Assembly (NCBI GenBank): GCA_910579395.1 | Contig: CAJTUC010000019.1 | Span: 3,535 to 67,534, forward strand | From: an uncultured Lachnospiraceae bacterium | GTDB taxonomy: Bacteria > Bacillota > Clostridia > Lachnospirales > Lachnospiraceae | DNA length: 64,000 nucleotides | Direction: 5' to 3' | Part shown: in pieces, positions 9,515-16,827 of the stretch | How the letters are laid out: each line of letters opens with the position of its first letter | Position numbering within the stretch: position 1 is the first letter of the stretch | The notes under the pieces: generated by a model | What the model was told of the DNA's origin: nothing | The model's input: the letters and a program-made list of their open reading frames with translations, nothing else | Databases searched by the model: none | Program-made: the position numbers and the translations under genes

Positions 9515-9598
9515 TTATCTGTGTTCATACCAGATTCCACCAAAAAATCCAACCACGACAATCACGATGACGATAACTGACCACACGTCCATCTGCAT
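9515..9598 (-). CDS. possible 27-aa hydrophobic peptide MQMDVWSVIVIVIVVVGFFGGIWYEHR
   Basis: GAGGAGG lies 7 nt upstream of the ATG. Single TM-like segment. Too short for the ORF track, and I see no recognisable homology. Confidence 0.35.
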   Translation of the reverse strand: MQMDVWSVIVIVIVVVGFFGGIWYEHR

Positions 9599-9666
9599 TT
9601 TGATTTCCTCCTCATAACAGTCTTTTTGATCATAACTGATCTGTCTTTTCCTTTTACACAAGAAAA

Positions 9667-10074
9667 GCTTAACACAGCCTTCGGATTTTTTATATCCTCG
9701 CCCTGATCATCATCGTACGCTTTACGGACGGTTATCTGCCGGGACTTTTTTCATCGGTCATTGCGGTCATCTGCGTCAACTTCCTTTTTACTTACCCTTA
9801 TTTTGAATTGAACTTCACACTGGCCGGTTATCCGATTACCTTCCTTGAAATGCTCGCCGTCACGTTATTTACAAGTACCATGACACCAAGTATGAAGGAA
9901 CAGGCAAAATTAATCGCGGAAAGAGATAAACTATTATCGGAAGCGGAAAAAGATAAGACGCATGCCAATATGGCCAATATCAGAAGGAAACTGGAAAACA
10001 ATCCCGCAGACCCCCAGTATATTTTTACGGAAATCGGTATCGGCTGCCGGATGATCGACAACGAAAATCAATAG
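9667..10074 (+). pseudogene. remnant of a two-component system: DUF4118-type sensor kinase TM region fused to the C-terminal end of an OmpR-type response regulator
   Basis: An in-frame stretch (GYLPGLFSSVIAVICVNFLFTYPYFELNFTLAGYPITFLEMLAVTLFTSTMT) runs directly into ANIRRKLENNPADPQYIFTEIGIGCRM. There is no kinase core, no receiver domain, and no ATG with an RBS. Confidence 0.5.
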
Positions 10075-10214
10075 CATTTCCATGCCCGATATGATACACT
10101 AAGGTGAAAAGAAGTTCTGCTTACAGCCAAAGGGAGTTTCACCAGGAACTTCTGTCATTTGCTTCGCAAATTCTTCTTATGAGATATTCATATAAAAGAG
10201 GTGCCTCAGTAGAA

Positions 10215-10760
10215 ATGGAAACAGACGAAAAGTACATGAAAGAAGCCATTAAACAGGCGCAGAAGGCTTATGCGCTGGGGGAGGTTCCCATCGGCTGTGT
10301 CATTGTTTATCAGGATAAAATCATCGGGAGAGGTTATAACCGGCGGAATACCGATAAGAATACGCTTGCTCATGCGGAATTGACCGCCATTAACAAAGCG
10401 AGCAAAAAGATGGGGGACTGGCGGCTGGAAGGCTGTACGCTCTATGTGACGCTGGAGCCGTGCCAGATGTGTGCAGGCGCCATTGTACAGGCGCGCATCA
10501 CCGAAGTCGTCATGGGCTGCATGAATCCCAAAGCGGGATGTGCCGGCTCCATTCTCAACGTTCTCGAAATGCCTCAGTTCAATCATCAGGTCCGGGTAAA
10601 AAGAGGCATTCTGGAAGAATCCTGTTCCGCTCTGTTAACCACATTTTTCAAAGAATTGCGTATCAGAAATAAGGCGGAACGAAAAGCGCTTTCAGCTATT
10701 GAACCGGAATATCTGCCTAAGCAGGCAGACGAATGTAAAAACGCGAAGAATCAAAGTTGA
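10215..10760 (+). CDS. tadA: tRNA adenosine(34) deaminase
   Basis: Motifs HAELTAI and PCQMCAGA, with a CMP/dCMP deaminase zinc site. Synteny with the SRP RNA gene matches Bacillus. Start chosen at the ATG at 10215 rather than the GTG at 10104. Confidence 0.9.
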   Translation: METDEKYMKEAIKQAQKAYALGEVPIGCVIVYQDKIIGRGYNRRNTDKNTLAHAELTAINKASKKMGDWRLEGCTLYVTLEPCQMCAGAIVQARITEVVMGCMNPKAGCAGSILNVLEMPQFNHQVRVKRGILEESCSALLTTFFKELRIRNKAERKALSAIEPEYLPKQADECKNAKNQS

Positions 10761-10785
10761 CAAAACGCCAAAAAAACAGTATACT
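10757..10785 (+). promoter_or_regulatory. promoter TTGACA-17 nt-TATACT for SRP RNA
   Basis: Consensus -35 element overlapping the tadA stop codon. The -10 ends about 6 nt before the RNA 5' stem. Confidence 0.8.
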
Positions 10786-10791
10786 TATTTA

Positions 10792-11058
10792 ACCGCGCAG
10801 CCGGGGCGTTAGCGGTGCCCTGTACCTACAATCCGCTCTAGTAGGGGTGATGCTTGATTGAGGGCTTCTTCCTGTGTAGCTGCCCTTTATAAGTGGCGTT
10901 GAAGTTCGGGTCTTACGCAATGGGAATCCATGAACCGTGTCAGGGTGGGAACACAGCAGCACTAAGTGGAAGCTTCCATGTGCCGTAAGGGTGCCTGGCG
11001 GAGCTAACTGTAAAGGTAACGTGCATGGGTCTGGTTCGAGAGAAAGCGCGCGGTTTTG
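10792..11058 (+). ncRNA. ffs: signal recognition particle RNA, large Bacillus/Clostridium type with Alu domain
   Basis: Helix 8 core TCAGG-GTG-GGAA-CAC-AGCAGC. Alu-domain-like GCGGTGCCCTGTACC..AATCCGCTCTAGTAGGG. 5' CCGCGC pairs with 3' GCGCGCGG, followed by TTTTGGATTTT. Confidence 0.85.
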
Positions 11059-11063
11059 GATTT

Positions 11064-12980
11064 TCAGCCCTGCCGCCTGCGCTCGGCTTTTTTCGCTCTC
11101 TTGACCTGATACATTTTTCGGTCTGCCAGTTCTACAAGAATTTCCAAATCTGCTTTTTCTGCGTCAGTTTCTATCCAATAACCGATACTTGCATCCAAAC
11201 AATAAGCTCTCGTATATCTGGCATTGTACTGCTCGATAGAATTTCTGATCCGCTCAATATATTCCTGAATACCCTCCTCAGAATACCCGTTCACGACAAT
11301 AACGAATTCATCCCCGCCATATCTCGCCAATAACTCTCCATGATGGCGGTTATCCTCCAGAATATTCGCCATTGCTTTAATATAAACGTCTCCCTCTTCG
11401 TGTCCATACAGATCATTTACCGTTTTCAATCCATCCATATCTGCAAAAATAACGGCAACAGGCTGTTTTCTCCTTTTGGCCTCTTCCAGAATTCTTGGTG
11501 CGAACTTGTTGTATCCTGCCCGATTATTGACACCCGTTAATTCATCATACAGCCACATCTTACTCAGGCGGCCGAGCATTGCATTCATTGTATCCTGCCT
11601 GCGCACCGTTTCCAATGCGTTATCCAGACTCAGAATAAAATGCCTGAAAAAGCGGCTTTCTAACGCAGGCCGGTAATTGCCTACGACACAATAGCCAAAA
11701 CAATATTCCTGATGATGCAGCGGCATGATCAGATAGAAATTGCCCTCTTTTCCACTCTTGCAGGAAAGTGGCAGCAGCGTGTTCTTATGAAAGCCGTCAT
11801 AGCTGGCAAAAACCCCTCTTTCATACGCCAGCGGAATCCAGATATCATCCGTATATATCGTTTCATCTCTTCCCCGCTCTTCTCCTTCCGCCATATGCTC
11901 CAATTCTTCATAATAATTTTCAATACTCCCGCACATGCACAGATAAAAATAATCTGGAGCGAGAAGCTCAATATACTGCTGCGTACACTCCTTAAAATCC
12001 TCAAAAGTTTCCAGCCCGGTAAATTCCGCCGCACAACATTTTAACAATTCCAGATTATCATCCACCTCGACCGATTTCTTAACATACATCTCCTGCAGTT
12101 CCGCATGCGTATAACTCTGCTTCTTATCACATCCACAGGACTGTGAAAAAAGCGGCTTTCCATATACAATATGCTCCATAGGCGGATTTTCCTTCCTTAT
12201 CGCCTGCACCAGTGTCCTATAGGCAATTTCCGCCGCTGTATATTCTCCCCGTCTGACTGTCGTCAAACGAGGATGATTCAACTGCGCAATGGAACTGTTA
12301 TCATAGCCTGTCACAAGAATATCTTCCGGTACTCGATATCCAGCCTCCTTCAATGCCAAAATGGCGCCAATGGCCATATCATCGTTCGCCGCCATGACCG
12401 CATCAGGCAATGGCATGTCCTTTTTCAGCAGTTCATTCACTGCCTGAATGCCGCTTTTATAAGTATAATCCCCATAGGCCGCCATCTGCTCATCCCATTT
12501 TAGATGATACTGTTCCAACGCTTCCCTGTATGCGCTCAACCGTTCTGCCGCATCCTGACTCTCTATAGGGCCGGATATATAGAAAATCCGCCGCACATGA
12601 TGTTCCGTCACAAGATGCTCCACAATGGCATGTATACCTGATTGATTCTCCAGCCAGATATTGATGGTACCATCTATTTTGACCAGCATGGAAGCACAGG
12701 GAACTCCCGCTTTCTTAATCCTGCTGACCAGTTCTTCCCGAATCTTTACATCATGAATCGTTTCCAGATTGGTAATAACACCGTCATATTGTGTAAAATC
12801 CGGTAAATTGTAAATATTATATTCTCCTTTTTCGTATTTAAAACGTGACGCATAATACCACCCGTCACATGTGAAAATATAAATGTTCGTTCCTTCCGGA
12901 AGTGCACTGTCCAATATACCATTAATCATTCTTTTCTGTGTATCAAACCCGACACCGCCCATTAATACTGCAATATCCAT
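11064..12980 (-). CDS. diguanylate cyclase with an N-terminal LacI-type (PBP1) sugar-binding core, no HTH and no signal peptide
   Basis: C-terminal GGDEF domain (RYGGDEFVIVV). N-terminal ligand-binding-core motifs AANDDMAIGAILALKEAGYRVPEDILVTGYDN..RLTTV. Confidence 0.85.
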   Translation of the reverse strand: MDIAVLMGGVGFDTQKRMINGILDSALPEGTNIYIFTCDGWYYASRFKYEKGEYNIYNLPDFTQYDGVITNLETIHDVKIREELVSRIKKAGVPCASMLVKIDGTINIWLENQSGIHAIVEHLVTEHHVRRIFYISGPIESQDAAERLSAYREALEQYHLKWDEQMAAYGDYTYKSGIQAVNELLKKDMPLPDAVMAANDDMAIGAILALKEAGYRVPEDILVTGYDNSSIAQLNHPRLTTVRRGEYTAAEIAYRTLVQAIRKENPPMEHIVYGKPLFSQSCGCDKKQSYTHAELQEMYVKKSVEVDDNLELLKCCAAEFTGLETFEDFKECTQQYIELLAPDYFYLCMCGSIENYYEELEHMAEGEERGRDETIYTDDIWIPLAYERGVFASYDGFHKNTLLPLSCKSGKEGNFYLIMPLHHQEYCFGYCVVGNYRPALESRFFRHFILSLDNALETVRRQDTMNAMLGRLSKMWLYDELTGVNNRAGYNKFAPRILEEAKRRKQPVAVIFADMDGLKTVNDLYGHEEGDVYIKAMANILEDNRHHGELLARYGGDEFVIVVNGYSEEGIQEYIERIRNSIEQYNARYTRAYCLDASIGYWIETDAEKADLEILVELADRKMYQVKRAKKAERRRQG

Positions 12981-13074
12981 TTTTACGACTATGCCTCTTT
13001 CTCAGTCTGTAACCTACGCTGACTTTTTGAATTTTATATGTATATTGTAGCATAATTTATCTGCCGGAACCATA

Positions 13075-14052
13075 TTAAAGCTCTACTTTTCGTAAATAAT
13101 ATCCGAACTTCCCTTCTTCCGCTTCACCTCCCTCACATTCAAATGCTTCAAAGCCGAACATAAGCGCGACCATCTTTTCCCTTTCATAAAAAACGCCTGG
13201 TACGCCAAGATAAAAGTCTTTTTCTTTTCCCAGAATCAGGTACCGGTAATTATAAAATCCATGCAGCAGAAAACTGTTATTGACAAGATGCTGGTAATTT
13301 TCACGCAGAATAATGAAATCTTTTGGTGCCAGTTTCACATAGATTCTATTATCACCATAAGGATGTATCTGCTCATAAGTAGTGAGCAGCTGCTCCCATT
13401 TATTTTCATAAAGCGGCGTGTGCTCCGGCTTCACTGAAATCCGTTCCGCCTTAACAGGCGGTTTCACCGGCATCCTGTTCGCCTGCCTGCTGCTCATTGA
13501 CTCTGCTCGTATGACAGGCGCTGCCTCTGTCTCTGCCTCTGTTTCCGGCTCCGCCAGATTTTTCGGCTTTGCTGCTTCTCTTACCCTTTCCCGGTACACC
13601 TCAGGCCGCACTGCTTCAATCGATGGTCTTTCCCGTTCTGCAGCTGTCTCTTCCATCCGGTCCGGCTGTTCGTCCTGCTTCTTCTCCGGCTGCACTGACA
13701 GCACTGCTGTATCCGTTTTTTTCTCTTTCCGCTCTCCCGTCGCAGCCAGTCTGCTTTCCCCCTTTATTTTCCAGGCATCCGACAGGATAATTTCTGCCCG
13801 CAGAACCGGCTCCGCGGCTCTTCCGTTCCATTTTCCGTTTCCTTCTTTAATGGCGAGCACATCTGCTTCCTGCCAGCCCGCCTCACTTTGCAGACGAATG
13901 GGAAAATTTCCCGTTACGGCACCGGACATATTTTTGACTTGAAGTTCCACCCGATACATGCCGTCTCTCTCATCCACTTTCAAATAACCCGCATTCCTCT
14001 CCTTCACCTGGTCGTGAAAAAGTCCCATATAAATAATTTCTTTCTGGTACAT
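13075..14052 (-). CDS. hypothetical protein with a low-complexity acidic/proline linker and a conserved-looking C-terminal domain
   Basis: ORF with GAGAGGTGAGAGG upstream of the ATG. The C-terminal 110 aa (..FLLHGFYNYRYLILGKEKDFYLGVPGVFYEREK..) resembles Clostridial conserved hypotheticals. Confidence 0.6.
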   Translation of the reverse strand: MYQKEIIYMGLFHDQVKERNAGYLKVDERDGMYRVELQVKNMSGAVTGNFPIRLQSEAGWQEADVLAIKEGNGKWNGRAAEPVLRAEIILSDAWKIKGESRLAATGERKEKKTDTAVLSVQPEKKQDEQPDRMEETAAERERPSIEAVRPEVYRERVREAAKPKNLAEPETEAETEAAPVIRAESMSSRQANRMPVKPPVKAERISVKPEHTPLYENKWEQLLTTYEQIHPYGDNRIYVKLAPKDFIILRENYQHLVNNSFLLHGFYNYRYLILGKEKDFYLGVPGVFYEREKMVALMFGFEAFECEGGEAEEGKFGYYLRKVEL

Positions 14053-14090
14053 CCTCTCACCTCTCTATTCTATATATATGTCGAATATAC

Positions 14091-14118
14091 CAAAAAATGC
14101 CAGACAATCTCTTGTCTG
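14091..14118 (-). terminator. rho-independent terminator downstream of repeat copy 2
   Basis: CAGACAA-GAGA-TTGTCTG followed by GCATTTTTTGG on the minus strand. Confidence 0.7.
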
Positions 14119-14137
14119 ACATTGAAATTTTTTAACC

Positions 14138-14253
14138 GGGAGAATGCCGCTTTTTAGGCATTCTCCAGCGTGAGAAAGATTTGCCTTCGGCAAATCGTAG
14201 AACTTCTTAGCGAAACAGCCTTTGCTGTGAGCTCCAGAAGTTCTTCTCACGCT
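14138..14253. repeat. structured intergenic repeat, copy 2 (reference copy)
   Basis: P0 GGAGAATGCC/GGCATTCTCC. P1 AGCGTGAGAA/TTCTCACGCT. P2 GATTTGC/GCAAATC. P3 AGAACTTCT/AGAAGTTCT. P4 ACAGC-CTTT-GCTGT. The element overlaps the TAG stop of the PucR-type gene. Confidence 0.9.
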
Positions 14254-15340
14254 AGTATTCTAATGAATCCAGATACTTCATATAATTTACTACCATGAGA
14301 GCAATTTTAAAGGTAAGGGCATCATCAAAAGTTCGAATATCCAGTCCTGTACTCTTCGCCAGTTTCTCAATACGATAAACAAGCGTATTCCGATGCACAA
14401 ACAATTGTCTGGAAGTTTCCGATACATTCAGGTTATTTTCAAAGAACTTATTAATGGTCGTCAAGGTCTCTTCATCCAATTCATCAGGTACATTGGCGCC
14501 AAAAATTTCATCAATAAAAATCTGACAGAGATTCACAGGAAGTTGATAGATCAATCTGCCGATTCCCAGCCTGTTATAAGCCGTCACTCTCTTTTCTGCA
14601 TAAAAAATCTTTCCAACATCCAATGCCATCTTCGCTTCCTTATAAGATTTGGAAACATCTTTCAGTTCTTCCACAATGGTTCCATAGGACACCCGGACAT
14701 TCATCATAGCTTCCATATTCATCATATCAACAATCGTATTCGCCGTATGCTCCATTACCTCATAACTCTCTCCCGCTGCCAGCGCCTTGATCAAAATCAC
14801 ATTGCTCTCATCTACCGCAGTAATATAATCCCCGATTTGAGCAGAGAACATTCCATTCAGCAATTCCGATGCCGAGCTCTCCTTCTCGCTTCCGGTCTCG
14901 ATCAGAAAAACCGCTCTGGGTACGGTCACTTCTATATGCAGCTTTTTTGCACGATTATAAATATCGACCAACAGCATATTATCTAAAAGTAAATTTTGAA
15001 AAAAGTTATTTCTGTCATATTTTTCCTTATAGGCAATGATCAGGTTCTGCAGCTGACTCACAGCAATCTTGCCAATCATGTAAGTGTCTTCGCCTATGCC
15101 TCTTGCATCCAGAACGTAGAGCTGTTCGCTCTCATCCAGTATCTTTAAAAGGTGATGTGTTCCAATTACCTGACTGTCCGCCGGTGAATCTACAAATTCC
15201 GTGATCAGATTTAGCGCCAGATCATTTAACTCAAAAGTAGATGCTACGATATTTCCCTCCAAATCTAATACACATAAATCAACTTTCGTAATAGCTTTTA
15301 ACTCTTCTATACTGGTCCTGATAACCTGACTTGATATCAT
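14252..15340 (-). CDS. PucR/CdaR-family transcriptional regulator
   Basis: C-terminal PucR-type HTH (NVSETSRQLFVHRNTLVYRIEKLAKSTGLDIRTFDDALTFKIAL). Confidence 0.8.
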   Translation of the reverse strand: MISSQVIRTSIEELKAITKVDLCVLDLEGNIVASTFELNDLALNLITEFVDSPADSQVIGTHHLLKILDESEQLYVLDARGIGEDTYMIGKIAVSQLQNLIIAYKEKYDRNNFFQNLLLDNMLLVDIYNRAKKLHIEVTVPRAVFLIETGSEKESSASELLNGMFSAQIGDYITAVDESNVILIKALAAGESYEVMEHTANTIVDMMNMEAMMNVRVSYGTIVEELKDVSKSYKEAKMALDVGKIFYAEKRVTAYNRLGIGRLIYQLPVNLCQIFIDEIFGANVPDELDEETLTTINKFFENNLNVSETSRQLFVHRNTLVYRIEKLAKSTGLDIRTFDDALTFKIALMVVNYMKYLDSLEY

Positions 15341-15445
15341 GTCTGTCTCCTTCTCTGCTATTTGAGCATTCCCCTTCTTTAATCATTCCCCATTCGAGCG
15401 CGCACGCATGGCGCGCGGACTATACCGCCGCAATTTCCTGTAATG

Positions 15446-15474
15446 ATAAAAAGGGGATGCTGCCGCATCCCCTC
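15446..15474 (-). terminator. rho-independent terminator
   Basis: GGGGATGC-GGCA-GCATCCCC followed by TTTTTAT on the minus strand, 12 nt after the ABC ATPase stop. Confidence 0.85.
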
Positions 15475-15486
15475 CGATTACCGTGA

Positions 15487-16596
15487 TTAGTTTGTGATAA
15501 TCTGCTCTGTTTCTTTATCAAATACATGAATCTTTTCAACATCAAATGCAAACTTAACTGAATCACCAGGTTTTGCTGTTGTACGGGAATCCACTCTTGC
15601 CGTAATCGGGAACTCAGCAAGATCAAAGTATAAGTAAACTTCTGCACCGAGCAACTCGTATACTTTAATGGTAGATTCGAATGTACATTTAGCGGAGCTA
15701 ACGTATTCCGGTGAATCGTATACATCCTCAGGACGAATACCAAACGTAACTGTCTTTCCGGCATAGCCGCCGTCAATCAGTTTCTTGGATTTTGCTGCCG
15801 GAAGCGGAATGCTGCCACCAGCTACTTTCAGGTTTGCCGTATCGCCGCTTACCTCAACAACTGCATCAAGGAAGTTCATCTGAGGTGATCCCATGAATCC
15901 TGCAACGAACAGGTTCTGCGGTTTCTGATATAAGTTCTGAGGTGTATCTACCTGCTGAACAACACCATCTTTCATAACAACAATTCTGGTACCCAGTGTC
16001 ATAGCCTCTGTCTGGTCATGTGTTACATAGATGATTGTTGTGCCCAGTCTCTGATGCAGTTTGGAAATCTCAACACGCATCTGCACACGAAGTTTAGCAT
16101 CCAAGTTTGAAAGCGGCTCATCCATAAGGAATACCTTAGGATTACGAACGATTGCACGCCCCATAGCAACACGCTGTCTCTGACCACCGGACAAAGCCTT
16201 CGGTTTACGATCAAGGAGAGGAGTCAAGTCAAGAATCTTAGCTGCCTCTTTAACCATCTTATCAATTTCATCTTTCGGCACTTTTCTTAACTTCAGACCG
16301 AATGCCATATTGTCATATACAGACATATGAGGATACAAAGCGTAGTTCTGGAATACCATTGCGATATCTCTGTCCTTCGGCTCAACATCATTAACGACTC
16401 TGTCACCGATTTTCAATTCGCCGGATGAAATGTCTTCCAGACCTGCAATCATACGAAGAGTTGTAGATTTACCACAACCTGAAGGTCCTACGAAAATAAT
16501 AAATTCCTGGTCTGCAATCTCAAGATTGAAATCTTTTACTGCCTCGAATCCGTTAGGATATACTTTGCAGACATTTTTTAATGATAAACTTGCCAT
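15487..16596 (-). CDS. stand-alone sugar ABC transporter ATP-binding protein (MsmX/MalK/UgpC type)
   Basis: Walker A GPSGCGKST, signature LSGGQRQRV, Walker B VFLMDEPLSNLD, and a C-terminal MalK-like regulatory/TOBE domain. Confidence 0.9.
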   Translation of the reverse strand: MASLSLKNVCKVYPNGFEAVKDFNLEIADQEFIIFVGPSGCGKSTTLRMIAGLEDISSGELKIGDRVVNDVEPKDRDIAMVFQNYALYPHMSVYDNMAFGLKLRKVPKDEIDKMVKEAAKILDLTPLLDRKPKALSGGQRQRVAMGRAIVRNPKVFLMDEPLSNLDAKLRVQMRVEISKLHQRLGTTIIYVTHDQTEAMTLGTRIVVMKDGVVQQVDTPQNLYQKPQNLFVAGFMGSPQMNFLDAVVEVSGDTANLKVAGGSIPLPAAKSKKLIDGGYAGKTVTFGIRPEDVYDSPEYVSSAKCTFESTIKVYELLGAEVYLYFDLAEFPITARVDSRTTAKPGDSVKFAFDVEKIHVFDKETEQIITN

Positions 16597-16827
16597 GTGC
16601 TTGTGCCTCCTAAATTATTTCATTTCTTTTATTCATGATTATTTGTAATAATCAAGTCTGAAATTAGTATAACGAACTTCCAAAATCTTTTCCATACCAC
16701 TATTTCACAAAGATTTTGCTTTCCATTGTAGAATTTGCTCACTTTCGTTGCGAAGCTTACTTTTTTCTGACAAGTTGACCAAGAAACTATCTTTTTCTTG
16801 TACATCTTGCCCAAAAGCCTCCGCGCT

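Noticed and set aside
9515-9598. Calling the 27-aa hydrophobic peptide KdpF because it lies next to a KdpD-like remnant
   Set aside because: The sequence lacks the KdpF-like C-terminal pattern I recall (..YL.YAL..PE.F). It lies on the opposite strand from the remnant, and no kdpABC genes are present. It is kept only as an unassigned small ORF.
10104-10214. GTG start at 10104, giving a 37-aa N-terminal extension of TadA
   Set aside because: The extension is non-conserved-looking (MKRSSAYSQREFHQ..), and TadA proteins normally begin close to the KYMxxAL motif. An ATG at 10215 preceded by AAAGAGGTG fits better.
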